A stretch of DNA of 64,000 bases from Emiliania huxleyi CCMP1516 (GCF_000372725.1 NW_005201392.1:1183184-1247183); one strand, 5' to 3'; positions 11,771-24,296 are shown, numbered from the stretch's first letter. Notes: generated from the letters alone by a model not told the origin. Made by a program: numbers and translations.

Positions 11771-14157
11771 ATGACGTGCAGCGCGGCTCTGCTCGCCGCG
11801 ACGGCGGCCGAGGATCGGTGCGCGTACGTGCAGGCCAACTGCACTGAGGTTGGCAACGCGTACTTTGGCTCGTACGTCGAGCACTGGCACTGCACCTTTG
11901 GCGAGTCGCCCATGGCGCTGCTGCCGCTCGGTGTGTGGCTGGCGATGCTGATCGCGGCGCTGTGCAGCACGGCGGACACCTTCCTCATCCCGCAGCTGAG
12001 CTACATCTCCACCTACCTGCGGCTCAAGCCCGACGTCGCGGGCGTCACCCTCCTCGCGTTTGGAAACGGCGCGCCCGACGTCTTCACAGGGATCGCCGTC
12101 GCGACGGCGCACCCCGAGGAGGTAGACTTCTCCTTGCTGCTGGCCGACCTCGTGGGCGGCTCCATCTTCATCATGACGGTCGTCGTCGGCGCTGTCGTGT
12201 GGGTCCGCTGCACTCTCCACCCCCACCCTGCACCCTGCACCTCTTGCACCTCTTGCACCTCCACGCCCTGCACCTCCACCCTCCACACTGCACCATCCAC
12301 CCTCCACACTGCACCATCCTCCACACTGCACCCTCCACCCTCCCCCAGGTCGCGGCGAGCCACTCGCCCGGGTGGCGGCTGAGCCGGATGCCGTTCTACC
12401 GCGACACGATCTCCTTCTTCGTCGCGATCACGCTCGTGCTCGCCGTGGCGTCGAACGGCGTGGTCCGCCCCTGGGAGGGCGTCTTTTTCCTCCTTAACTA
12501 CCTCTTCTACGTCGCCCTCGTCATCGCGATCCGGTACTACATACAGCCCTGCTGGCCGGAGGACACCTTCGGCGTCTACCTGCGCGGCAAGGCGCAGCCC
12601 GTCCTCCAGCGCGCGGAGCCAGCGCTGCGCGCCATCAGCCGCCGCGCCACGCCGCTCGCGAGGGGCGCGGCAGAGCGCGCGAAGCCAATCGCCCGGCAGG
12701 TGCGTCACCGCGCCTCCCGCGCCTCCTCCTTCTTCAGCGCGGCGGGGCAAGGCCTGCTCGCGCAGGGCAGCAGCGTCGCCGGCGCGCCGCCGCCGCTCGC
12801 CGCCCCCGCGCCTCCGCTCGTCGCCTCGCCGCCCGTCGCCTCGCCGCTCGTCGCGTCGCCGCTCGTCTCCTCCACGCCGCTGCTCGCCGCTCCGGCAGCC
12901 GCCCCAGGCCGGGGTCCGTCGAGGCCGGCGTCCCCTCGCGGCGTGAGCCCGACGCCGCCGCGGCAGGTGGAGATGGTCCCGGAGCAGGCGCCGCCGCGCT
13001 TGGACGGCAGTGAGGCGCCGGAGCGCGGGACGCCGCACGTGGCGCCGGAGAGCGGCACCGCGCCGCTGGTGGCGAGCGGCGCGTCCGCCCTCGGTCTCGG
13101 AGGGGGGGGCGGCAACGGCGGCGCGGCGCGTCCTGTGGCGGCGCATGCGGTGTGTGGGGAGGAGGCTGAGCGCGGCGGCGGGCTCAGCGCGGTTCAGGTT
13201 GCGGTGGCGGTGGCGCAGGGGGAGGATCCGACCAACGACAACGGCGGGCGGCTGATGGGCTCGGGTGGCGCGGCGGCGGAGGCGGCGGAGGAGGAGCGCT
13301 GCCCGATGGCAGGGCTCGAGTGGGACGCAGGTGCATCGCGGCTGTCAAAGGCCCTCTGGCTCCTCGAGTGGCCCCTGTCGGTGCTGCGGTGGGCAACCAT
13401 CCCGACGGATTCGGAGTGGGACGCGCGCCGCCGCTGGACCGCCGCCACGCCGCCGTTCGCCGCCGTCCTCCTCCTCGTTCGCTTCTCGGGCGGTGTGGGC
13501 GACGCGGCGGCTGCGCGCGCGGGGCCGCTCCCACTGCTGCTGCTGCTGCCGCTCTGCTGCGCGCCGCTCCCCTACGCGCTGTGGAGGCTAACCCGCGACG
13601 ACGTGCCGCCGGCGTGGCAGCCGGCCCTCGTCGTGACGGGCTTTTGCTTCTCCATCGTCTGGCTCGACCTCGTCGCTACCGAGGTGGTAGCCCTCATCGA
13701 GACGGCGGGCTTCCTGCTCGGCATCTCGACCTCCATCCTCGGGCTCACCGTCATCGCGATCGGCAACTCGGCGGGCGACCTCGTCTCTGACATTGCCGCC
13801 GCCAAGGGGGGCGAGGCGAAGATGGCCGTGGCGGCCTGCTTCGGCTCGCCGCTCCTCATGAACATCATCGGCGCCGGCGCGTCGCTCACGGTGCGCGCAA
13901 TCATGACGGGCGGCGCCGACACCGAGTCGTCCGTCTCGCAAGTCTGCCGCATCGCCTACCTCTTCCTCTACACCGCCCTCTTCTCTCACATGGTCGTCTT
14001 TCCGCTCGGCGGCTACTCCGCCTCGCGCGGCTACGCCGTCTACCTCTTCGCGCTGTACGCGGTCTTTATGCTGCTCGCGCTGCTTGCCGAGAGCCGGAAG
14101 CTGGGCGACTTCCTCTGCCCGGCCTCGTCGCCCTGCCCGCCGCCCGTGGAGGGATAG
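11771..14157 (+). CDS. Cation/Ca2+ exchanger, CCX/NCLX-type (CaCA superfamily); exons 11771-12202 and 12349-14157
   Basis: alpha-1 repeat VAGVTLLAFGNGAPDVF, alpha-2 repeat LGLTVIAIGNSAGDLVSD, multiple TM helices; phase-0 GT-AG intron 12203-12348 joins the two frames. Confidence 0.92.
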
Positions 14158-14275
14158 CTCGTGCGTGGTGGACGCGGTGCTCTGGGTGTCGGGCCGGGCG
14201 GGGGTGGGTGTGGGGAGGGGGGGGGGGGGGGTAAAGATGTGTGCCGAGTTGAATATTTTGTTCAAGACCTCAACT

Positions 14276-14671
14276 GGCGTTTATTTTTGCTTGGCCGGGT
14301 ATCATGCCGGGGTAGGTAGGGTAGGGTCTGGGCCCTCCCGTCGGGTTTTTCCCTCTCTTCAAGCTGGAATTTTCAGAAAAAGAAATTTTCCGCGGAAATC
14401 ACGATGTCAACCCTCCCCAAATGGGTGATCTGATGCTTGTAGGGCTTGAGAGTGGCCTCCCATGTCACAAGAAGGACTGTGGATGCAGGAGAGTACCACC
14501 AACCATCACTCTAGTTGGTATAGTACCACACCTTCACCCCTCCCATGATTTCTTTTTTAGTTTCCCATAGGTAGGGTAGGTAGGTAGGTAGGTAGGTAGG
14601 GGCACCGCAGGGGCCGGCCAGGGTTTTTGCAGAATTTCAGCATGATACCCGGCCAAGCAAAAATAAACGCC
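14276..14671. mobile_element. MITE-like element (396 bp) with 32-bp perfect terminal inverted repeats
   Basis: ggcgtttatttttgcttggccgggtatcatgc (14276-14307) and its reverse complement (14640-14671); AT-richer non-coding interior with (ggta)n. Confidence 0.65.
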
Positions 14672-14726
14672 CCACCTGAAGACCTCGCGATACAACAAAG
14701 AGACGCCGTGTGTTCTCTCGCAAAAT

Positions 14727-16358
14727 ATGCCAGCAACCTTCAACTGGAGCAAGGGCTCGACCAAGCACAAGATGCCGAACCAGCCGCGCGCAGGCGCTCC
14801 GTACCGGCTGAGCGGCGCCGGCCAGCGGCCGGTCTCTGCGCGATCGGGTGTCCCTGCCAGCGGCAGCCGAGGCGGCGGCGGCTCACTCGACCTCGTTGCC
14901 CTCTCCTCCGAGACGCTGAGCGCGGCGTGCCCACGATCTGAGGAGCGATCCGGCTCCACACACCCCTCCTCCCTCCCGAGGCACCACCACGCGCTGTCGA
15001 GCGCGTCTGCGGGCGGGCCTGGTGCGCCGCAGCAGCTTGGCTACGCCTCTCCCTCCAAGCCGCGCTCGCCGCCGCCACTGCGCTTCGACGAGCCCTTCGA
15101 AGAGCACCCCGCCGCGTCCGAGCTCCTCAACCCGCGCTCGCCACCGCCGCTGCGTTTCGACGAGCCCTTTCAGGAGCACCCGTCCACATCCGAGCTTCTC
15201 TTCTCGCGGTCCCCAGAGGCCGGCTCCCTGCCGCACCTGCGCACCCCGCTTCACCCCCGGGGCTGGCCAGACGCGGCGGAGACCGAGGACTCGGGCCTGC
15301 ACTTTGGGTCTGCCCTTTCGCCCTTCACCGGGGGTGGCATCAAGACTGTTGGCGGCGCGCGGCGCGGGTCTGAACTCTTTCGCGAGCAAGGGCACATGAG
15401 CTTCGACTTCCCGCCGGCACCGGCGAACCCCCTGATCTCGGCAGCGGAGGACGATCCCATGAGGCAACAGCGCGCCAGCAGCCACACCAGCAGCTGGGAG
15501 CGCGCCGCCCGCCCCGACCACAGCGCAGCCTCCTCAAGCTTCGCGGCCCGCCTGTTTGACGTCGACCTTCACGGTGAAGGCGAGGCGGTGGTCCCCGCAC
15601 GTCGCGCGAGCCAGCACCTGCTCTTTGACGAGCCCCAATACCCCGACGGTCACGACGCGAGCATGGGCTTCTCGTTACCACTTGGAGGAGGACGCGGCGG
15701 CGGCTTTGGCGGGAGTGCGATCGCGTTGCGTGGAGGCATTCAGCCGAGCCAGGCGGACACGCTCGTCACGCACGAAATCGAGCATCGCAGCGGACCGGGC
15801 CTGGCTCTGCGGCCGCACGCGCGCGCATCGCCCACCGCCTTTGCCGGGGAAATCCACCCCTCCCCTGCCGACACCGCCTGCATGCCCGCGGACACGGGCG
15901 CCTCCCTGCTCAAGCGCGACGTGCGCGCCTCGATCCCCGACGGGCGCCTTCCGGACAGCTCGATCCCGGCGCCGGCGGCTCCCTCCCTGTTTCCTCCGCG
16001 CGTCGGGAGCTACCCGTCACCCGTTTCCAAGGAGGCGGGGGGCGACTCGGAGCCAGGGGGCGGCTCGCTGGACCAGCTGGTGGACCACCAGTACGGCTCC
16101 TTTCTGGTGCAAGACGCCAACGGCATTGCCAATGGCGGCGCACGGCGCGATGCTCGCACGCAGACGTATCCGCCGCCGAGCCAAGACGCTGCCACTCAGA
16201 CTGAGGAGCCCGCCTCGACATCGCGTCGCACGCCCCACCAGTACCAGAGGTGGAGGCTGTGGCAGCCCGGCAAGCCCGCCTACAGGTCCCTGTACAAGAA
16301 GCGCCTCGCGGCGAACGCGCGGGCGCTGCTGGCGCAGGCAAGGGCGCTGCCCCGATGA
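14727..16358 (+). CDS. Hypothetical disordered protein (543 aa) with duplicated PRSPPPLRFDEPFxEHP motif
   Basis: ATG-initiated intronless ORF; internal repeat; no known domain recognised. Confidence 0.5.
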   Translation: MPATFNWSKGSTKHKMPNQPRAGAPYRLSGAGQRPVSARSGVPASGSRGGGGSLDLVALSSETLSAACPRSEERSGSTHPSSLPRHHHALSSASAGGPGAPQQLGYASPSKPRSPPPLRFDEPFEEHPAASELLNPRSPPPLRFDEPFQEHPSTSELLFSRSPEAGSLPHLRTPLHPRGWPDAAETEDSGLHFGSALSPFTGGGIKTVGGARRGSELFREQGHMSFDFPPAPANPLISAAEDDPMRQQRASSHTSSWERAARPDHSAASSSFAARLFDVDLHGEGEAVVPARRASQHLLFDEPQYPDGHDASMGFSLPLGGGRGGGFGGSAIALRGGIQPSQADTLVTHEIEHRSGPGLALRPHARASPTAFAGEIHPSPADTACMPADTGASLLKRDVRASIPDGRLPDSSIPAPAAPSLFPPRVGSYPSPVSKEAGGDSEPGGGSLDQLVDHQYGSFLVQDANGIANGGARRDARTQTYPPPSQDAATQTEEPASTSRRTPHQYQRWRLWQPGKPAYRSLYKKRLAANARALLAQARALPR

Positions 16359-17045
16359 GGCTTTGCGCCGGCCACGGGCGGGCGCGAGAGGGCCGCGCCC
16401 AGAACGGTCTGCGCGGCGGTGTGCGCGGACCAGAGCAGCGCCGCTGCGGTTCACGGTTGCCCCGGAGGTGGACTCGGCGCACATGGGACGCGAGACGCAA
16501 CATCGCTGGCGAGGGTGTGTTGCACTGTGTGTGTGTGTCACTAGAAAAAGAAAGAAAACCGCAAAGGCAATGCTGCCCCCCCCAAAGGTGAGTGCTGACA
16601 GGAGACTGTGCCCGTGGAGCCATCCCTATAATTTGTTGCGAGGGTCGTTCGTGGTCCTCCACGCCGCCTCGGCGGCCCGCGCGCGCGGCTGAGCCTAGCG
16701 CAGCGCGAACTCGCTCTGAGCCTAGCGCGCGAACTCGCTCTGAGCATACGCAGAGCTGGCGCAGTGCGGGATTTGGCAGCGACCCGGCAAAAAAATTAAA
16801 CGTCAAGTGACAGGAGACTGCCCGTCGCTGGAGCCCGTGGAGCTAGCCCTTCCTCCACTTCGGGCGAAAATTTGTTCTCGGGTCCGTTGGCCTCTTTGTT
16901 CAAATTTTGATACCCGTCAAGACGCCTGCTGGGGGCAGCTTCGTAGCGAACGAAGCCAAATCACCAATTTGTTTTCCTGCGCGGCGCCTCTAGACCAATT
17001 CGTCTTCCTTCGATACCGCCCCTCGGTCCGCCCTCCAAACAAAAC

Positions 17046-17620
17046 ATGTCGAACCTCTTCTCCTACGGCTTTGGCCAATCCACGTCCACCGCCGCCTCCG
17101 GCTCGAGCTCGAACACCTCCCTCGTGCTCGACCCTGAGAAGCCCGCCGCCCCCGTCGTGATCGTCCTTGACAAGGAGCCCGCCGTCGAGGAGCCCTCCGA
17201 TGTTCCCGTCCAGGTGCGCGTGCAGCACCAGACGGCACGCTTCGATCCGCGCGCCTGAGCGTGCGCATGGCGCTGACCGCGCCCGGACCCCCGCCCGTCG
17301 CGCAGATGCTGCCCGACGTCAAGAAGCGCAAGAACCGTCGAGGTTCCACCTGCTCGGCGTGCGGCGCCCGCGGCCACACCGCGCGCTCTCTGTCCTGCCC
17401 GCGGGCCAGTGCTTGCACTTTGAATGCCGTGCCGGCTCCTGCCCGTGTCCGGGCGTGGAGATGCGAGGGCTGCCTTGACCCTTGCCCCACCACTTTGTGT
17501 GTGTGGAGAAATTTACCGTACCGTACCTTACCTCGTGCGCTGTAGGCGTGCCTGGCTGCGAGTGGCCACGCGATGGCGACAAGCCACGCCCGCCCGCAAT
17601 CCGCCCGGAGCAGCACACTG
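17046..17620 (+). CDS. Small spliced protein with zinc-knuckle-like motif; 3' end uncertain
   Basis: MSNLFSYGFG...VPVQ, GT..AG intron (~17214-17305), then MLPDVKKRKNRRGSTCSACGARGHTARSLSC (C-x2-C-x4-H-x6-C). Confidence 0.4.
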
Positions 17621-18440
17621 TGTGTTCATCAGCCCCTCCCTGTTATTGATCGCAGGCGGCCGCCTCCGCCCCGTCGATGACTGCGCAGCAGCCGCCGCCG
17701 CCGCTTCCCGCCGCGCCGCCCCTCCCTTCGCCTCCTGTCGAGACCTCGGGAGGGCACCACTTTGTTAAGGTGGAGGTGGCCGCCGCCAGCGCGCCCGTCA
17801 TCGCAGCCGTCATCGCTCGGAGCGACGCGAACTGAGGCGGCAGCGGGCCAGCGGGCGCAGATCCGGGACACGGGACAGCCCCGGCGGCCCGGGACACGGG
17901 GCACTTGTCTGAGAGGTGTCAGCAGTCAGGCAGCAGTCAGGTGAGTCACAAGAGGGGAGTTGGAGCTGCAGCTTGCACAGGTAATCGTCGGCTAATGGTA
18001 ATGCGTAATGCGTCGGCCGTCGCACTGTCACTGGAGTACGGCTTTATCGTTACAGTAATCCGCTCGTGGTGGCTGGTGGGCCTGCCGACGCGCCACGCCG
18101 GGCGCCCGTGTCGCGTGTGCCTCGCCGGCCGCGTCCGGCGACGGCATCGATGCTGTCCGCACGAGCGTGACTCGCCACTCCACGACCTCCACGACCCTCC
18201 GCGACCCTCCACGACCCACTCACTCTGCCCCAAACCTAAATCCTCTCACTAGTTACATACATATTCTAAAAAAGTTGATGTGTTCACGAATGGCGACATG
18301 TATTTTCTCACTCTCTAGATTCTCTCTGCGGCCACCAGTCTTGCTCCTGGAAGTGCTCAGTGGTCAGTGGTCAGTGCACGCCGCACAGAGATCACTCATT
18401 GCAGCGACGCGGCGGCAGACTGTTATATTTACAAAAAGGG

Positions 18441-20290
18441 TCAAAGCCGCGGCTTCGCGGGCAGCGACACGCCCACAGCCTCCTGCGTCGCCGCCACCCC
18501 GCACAACCGGTCGAGGGCTGCAAGCCCTCGCCGCAGCAGGTCGGTGCCGCGCCCGACGAGCGTGGCGCCAGCGCGCGGCGGCTCGCAGCCGCGCCTCGCC
18601 TCGAATGCCTCGACGCACTCGCAGACCGTCGCCGGGTTGAGCACGTTGATCTGGTGCAGCGCGCGCGTGACGAGCGTGACGTCGGCGGTGGGGAAGGAGG
18701 CGCGGAGGCCGTCCGCAGGCCGCGCCGCGACGAGGTCGTCCTGGTGCATGAGTGTGGGTAGTTGAGGGTGGGAATAAAGCATCGTGCAGTGCATTCAGAG
18801 CGCCGCGTGAATACGAGGGCTAGTAATGCAACACGGCCAGGGTGTCTTTTCGAGTGCTAGTCGGAATACACAGACACTGCGCTCAGCATCTAGGGACGCC
18901 GTCCCACGCGGCGAAGATGAGGTTGCAGGGCGGGTCGGTCAGCGGCGTGGCGGCGTGGCGACGGCGGACGAGGCGGAGGTACGACTCGCCCGACCAGAGG
19001 TTGACTGTGTTCGGGGAGACAAAGACCCCGAGCAAGGCCGGTCGGACGAGCCTGCAGAGAGAGGCACGGAGCACTCACTAATCAGCACCGTACACGCATC
19101 CGTACATTCAGGGCGACCATGGGCATCAGCGTTCGCCGGCGCCCGCACCAACACAGAGAACCCATCCGCACAAGGGACGGGCGCTGGCTCGGGGGGCATG
19201 GTCAGTACACCAGTGTGGTGCGGCGAACACAGCCGAGTGCGTGTCTTCGAGTGCCCCGTCGGAACACAGGAGCTGCATTCAGCATCTACCGCGGCGAACC
19301 GGGCGGCGGCGCGCAACAGTGGCGCGGCGAGCTGCCGGAGCAAGCGCGCCGTCCGCGCCTACCGGTGCCGCCGCGAGGTCTGGAGGAGGAAGCGCGAGGC
19401 GGCACTGCGCTACTGAGGGGGCCCTTCCCCCGGCCGCTCTAGAGGTGCGACACACGGGTCTGTCTGCCTGTCGGGACAGCGGCCGCTGCGGCAATGTGCT
19501 CGGTGGGCCCCTTGAACCCCGAGGGGGCGGCGGAGGGCTCGGTGGGATCGGGCTTGGTGGCGGCGGTGAAGGCGGCGGTGGCGAGGGCGGCGGAGGCGAT
19601 GGAGGAGGCGGTGACGGCGGCGGCGGCGAGGGAGGAGGCGGCGAGGGCAGCGGTGGGCTCGGTGGCGGCGGTGAGGTGCGGGGGAGGCGACGAAAGTGGC
19701 GGGCTGGCTTGGAGCGGAGCGGAGCGGCCGTGGTGCGCTTGAATGCGACGCACAGCCGCGGCACGGGCTCCAAGCCTCCGAAGCGAGTGCAGGGAGGCGG
19801 ACAGAGTGCAGGGAGGCGGGAGCCTCGGCGGCGGAAGCCCTCGCCGATGGCACGCCAGAGAGGCGGGCCGCGCTGGCGCCGCCCGGCGTTAGGAGGTGGA
19901 CGTGCCGCACCTGAACGAGAATGGCTCACGGCTTGAGCGTTTCGTCATGAGTGCCGCCCGGTCTCCGTCTGTATGCACCGCTCCTTCGGCGCCCTCCTGG
20001 CGGGCCAGCTCGAGCGCCACATTTGCGCCGAAGGAGTGGCCGAGCAGGTCGACCTAGGCGCGGGAGCTGGATGAGGTGTCGCAGAGAGTGGGAGAGGGAA
20101 AGAGAGAGTGGGAGAGACAGAGAGAGGGTGGGGGAGATGAGATATTTGACAGAGCGGGCCGACCTGCAGCCCGGAGCCGGAAGGCGCCAGCCGCGAGACG
20201 AGCCACGCCACGGCGTCGATGCTGCCTTCGGAACCAGCGTATTCAGGTGAGCGCCAAACAGGTGAGCCAGATACTCAAGACATCGCCGAC

Positions 20291-20331
<41 letters not shown>

Positions 20332-20342
20332 GTGTGCATGTG

Positions 20343-20383
<41 letters not shown>

Positions 20384-20388
20384 ATGTG

Positions 20389-20463
<75 letters not shown>

Positions 20464-20486
20464 ATGTGCATGTGTGTGTGTGTGTG

Positions 20487-20529
<43 letters not shown>

Positions 20530-20817
20530 GATATGTGATGTGTGATATGTGATGTGTGGCTGTGCCTATGCTTGCGCCGCTGCTGCTGCCTGGTGGTGGC
20601 TGTTGGTGGTGCTGATGGCGGTGGTGGCGTGTGCCTGTGTCTTGGTTGTGTCTTGGTGATGTAGCGCGGTGGAGCGCGGATCGGCAAGCGCGTGCCTTCG
20701 AGCGAGCACGGGCGCGCTCGGCCGTATCTCGCCGGCCGGCTCGTCGAGTAGCTGTAGTCCATGCCTAGAGGAAGGCTCCGGGAGGCTCCGAGAAGGCTGG
20801 TAGACGAGAGAGCGCGC

Positions 20818-20877
<60 letters not shown>

Positions 20878-21856
20878 ACACGCGCGCGCGGCTGTGTGGT
20901 TGAGTCTTCAGAGGCACACATCACACGCGGGAAACCGGCACTCCCCCGACTCCACTGGACGCGTCTCAAAGGCAGGGCACACATCACACACCCCCTGGGC
21001 CGGCGCGGGCCCCCTAGAGGGCCTAGAGGGCCCTGATGCGCGACCCGCCTAGAGGCCCTTGAGGCGCGACCTCTCACATTAGCCACGCTATCTCGGCCCT
21101 CATCTCGGCTGTATCTCGGCTGTATCTCGACTGCATCTTGGCCCTCGTCTCGGCTGTATCTCGGCTGTATCTGGCGCCCGGCAAGTCGACCACCAACACC
21201 CGGCGCGACGAGCGCAGCAGCAGCGCGAGCGGAGCGAGCGAGGCGCCCGTGGTGAACATGCCATGGATCAGGAGGAGTGGGGGCGCCGACGCACCGCCAC
21301 CCCCCGCTCCCGAGTCGTACCAGTGCAGCCGGCAGCCGGGCGCGTCGCCGAAGCGAGACTCGAGCCCGAGCGCGTTGAGCAGCCGGCGGGCGGCGGCATA
21401 GCCGAGTGTCTGCGCCGCCTCGAGCCAGCAAGGCGGGTGCGTGGGCGGCAGATTTGGCCACTCCGGCACCGGTCGCCACGGCAGCCGGCCCGGAGCGTCG
21501 GCGGCGGCGGCGGAGCGGCCGGCCGACGCGAGCACTTGTCTCGCGATCAAGCGGCAGTCCGCTTCGCTCCAGTAGCCCTCGTCGGAGGCTGGCAGCCGAG
21601 GGTAGAGCAGCGTTAGCAGGCGTCGGACGCCCTCGGTGGCGTCGTCGAGGGCGAGCGGGACCTCGCCATCGAGTGGCCAGCCGAGCAGCGTACGGAGCTC
21701 GTCGAGCAGCTCGGCGCCAGCGACGCCCGGCAGCGGGACAGTGCACGAGGAGGAGTGCAATCCGCCGCCATACGGAACTCGTCGGGACCGCCGCAGCGCG
21801 GCGATGGCGGCGTCGGCATCGGCCGAGAAGTGGCGCTCGGCCGGGTTCATCGCCAT
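18441..21856 (-). CDS. Alpha/beta hydrolase (multi-exon) with N-terminal extension
   Basis: PLLLIHGMF...VLVVDLPG (exon 1), VDLLGHSFG nucleophile elbow (exon starting 20053), VRHVHLLTPGG, NLIFAAWD/DLV (catalytic Asp) and ALHQINV (catalytic His) occur in order across exons. Confidence 0.8.
20293..20530. repeat. (TG)n microsatellite, intronic
   Basis: Direct observation. Confidence 0.98.
20819..20876. repeat. (CA)n microsatellite, intronic
   Basis: Direct observation. Confidence 0.98.
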
Positions 21857-22350
21857 TCTGCGGAAAGCCGCCCGAGCGCTACTCGAGGCACGGCTTTCTT
21901 TACGGATTACATGTACGGGCGGCCGGCGAGGCGGACAGAGGCGGCGGCGACGGCGACGCGGACGGAGGCGGCGCCAAAAAGGGACAAACTAAGTTGCCGT
22001 GATCTTCAAGCACCCCCCCCACGCACCTGGGGACCCCCCTCTAGGTCGACGGTCTGACCAGGTGGAGGTGGGGGGGGTACCTACACCCCCCTGTCGCTCA
22101 GCGGTCCCGAGCCAGCGGCAGCTGACCCCCCCTCCGGGTAGCTTACCCCCCCCTCGGTCCCGCCCCCTCGCCAGCTTGCGGAGCTGACCCCCCCCTCGGT
22201 CAGCTAGGGTCCGGGGCGGAGCCCCGGCGGGGTGCGGGGCGGAGCCCCGCGAGGAAAATTTTGCGTCTTTGCAAGCAAAATATCGGTCGTCGGCCCTTGT
22301 GCTTGAAGACTTGTCGCCTGTGCCACCGCCGCGGCCGCCCTGCTCCCGGT

Positions 22351-22795
22351 GGCAGATAATAGCCCAAGTCGAAGAGTGCGCCCAGCTCTCGGTATCTGGG
22401 TGGGCAGGCGGGACTAGAGAGGCACGCTGGTGCACGGTTGGGGGCGAGAGCCGCGCCATCTTGGACCGTCAGGCGAGTATTTGCAACCGGGAGCTCGCTG
22501 CCGCCCCTACTCCGCCGCCGCCGCCCTCCCGAGGGCAGATAATAGCCCAAGTCGAAGAGTGCGCCCTGCTCTCGGTATCTGGGTGGGCAGGCGGGACTAG
22601 AGAGGCACGCTGGTGCACGGTTGGGGGCGTGAGCCGCCATCTTGGACCGTAAGGCGAGTATTTGCAACCGGGAGCTCGCTGCCGCCCCTACTCCGCCGCC
22701 GCCGCCCTCCCGAGGGCAGATAATAGCCCAAGTCGAAGAGTGCGCCCTGCTCTCGGTATCTGGGTGGCAGGCGGGACTAGAGAGGCACGCTGGTG
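22351..22795. repeat. Tandem repeat, ~182-bp unit, ~2.4 copies
   Basis: ggcagataatagcccaagtcgaagagtgcgccc recurs at 22351, 22534 and 22715. Confidence 0.95.
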
Positions 22796-23150
22796 TGGGC
22801 GAGGGCACTGACGGCTGTGAGGCGCTGCCACGCCCATGGAGGCGGAGCCGAACGAAGTAACCACACACACCAACCACACGACCACCACCAGGCGAGGAGA
22901 CGCCTGCCTCGCCCTGGTGTGGGGAAGGATAGGCGCCGCCACCTCTGTGAGATGGAAACACAGAAAAGCGCTGGGCTGCCCGGGCGAGGGTCAGGGAAGG
23001 AGCCACCCTGGTAAGGGCGTCGGCTCTCCCTTCATAAGCCCGGGCAGCGACAGCGCGGTGGGGCGCCTCACCGTCCCGAGCCCCGCCCGCGGTGCGTGAG
23101 GGTCACGCGGTGCGAGCGAGGCAGGTCGGCGGGGCTAGGCCCCGCGGGCG

Positions 23151-23342
23151 TCAGTTGCCGCCCTTCTTGACCTTCGGGTTTCCCGCGAGGAAGACGGGGC
23201 ACTCAGGCTTGACGTGTCCCTCCTCGCCGCACCAGTAGCAGGTTTTGACGCTGGACTTGCCCGCCCGCTTTGCCGCCTCCTCGGCCGCCGCCGCCTTGGC
23301 CTTGGCCTCTGCCGCCGCCGCCTCTGCCTTGGCGAGCCGCAC
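23151..23342 (-). pseudogene. Orphan C-terminal fragment with CCHC zinc knuckle (gag-like or RNA-binding protein remnant)
   Basis: KTCYWCGEEGHVKPEC (C-x2-C-x4-H-x4-C) preceded by an Ala/Lys/Glu helix; no convincing start. Confidence 0.5.
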
Positions 23343-24296
23343 ATGTCCCCGTTCACAGATGAACTAATTCTCACGGCTGTAGCCTGTACACTGTTGTACT
23401 AATTGTTTTGCCGTCCGCGAGCCCCCAGCTCGCCGGCGGCGAGAGAGATGCCACGAGGGGTCGCGGTGGCGTCCATCGCCAGGCTCCCTAGCTCAACCGA
23501 CGACCCTTCGGGATCGACGGCCGATCGTCATCGCCTAGGTGGGTAAGAGATGAGGAGATGCATGGAACAGCCCGAGGAAGAAGCTAACTCTGCACACCTC
23601 GCCGGTCTCCCGCACGCTCCTGAGGGCCGAGAGGGCCGAGAGGCGGGGTCGGTGACCCGGGGGCATGGGCGGTGCGGCCCGCGCCGCGCGCGGGCGCGTG
23701 GCAGCCCGTGAGTGCCGAGATCGGGTCGACGTAGAGCAGGGCCCCCGGGGGCCTCCACGATGGGGGACTAGCCCTAGCCGTCTTCCACGTGGTCCCTCGG
23801 GTCCCTCGTGCGCTGCTCCTAGATCTCTTCGTACATCCTCCTCCCTCCTGGGTCCTGCTGATATCTCCGCGAAGTCCTGCCTCCTTCCCTCGTCTCGCCC
23901 TGCGCGTCTGCCCTAACTCTCCCCCGAGCCCCGTCGTCTGCCGCTCTGCCCTGCCCCCTGCGTCGTCTGGCGACGGGTCCTCCATAGTCGGTTGAGGTCG
24001 CCGCCCTCCTCGTGGTCGTGCCCCGTTTGTCGTTTGTGTACAACGCAAGGTGTATGTTGAGAACTTTTATGTTGAAAAAATGGCATGCGTGGACAGTGTT
24101 TGTAAGTGCGCAGTATTGGCCATGTGTACACGAATCGTACTGCTTGTGGTGAGACGGCACAATAAACCATCGCCCCCGCGAGAGTGCACAGCGAGGGTGT
24201 GCAGCAGAGGGCGGGGGGTCAGAGCGAGAGGGCGACTCGGAGCCGGCTCACCGCGGCCCCATCTCCTTCGCCGCCCTCCTCCCGCCGCCCGCCGCC

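Noticed and set aside
19520..19680. Separate extensin-like SPPPP gene
   Set aside because: Lies inside the alpha/beta hydrolase locus with no start or signal peptide; more likely intronic or a low-complexity insert
19926..21746. 606-aa ORF with poly-HT and poly-CV tracts (apparent metal-binding protein)
   Set aside because: Translation of intronic (CA)n/(TG)n microsatellites
22351..22795. Possible CRISPR array
   Set aside because: Whole units are repeated with no unique spacers, there are no cas genes, and the context is eukaryotic
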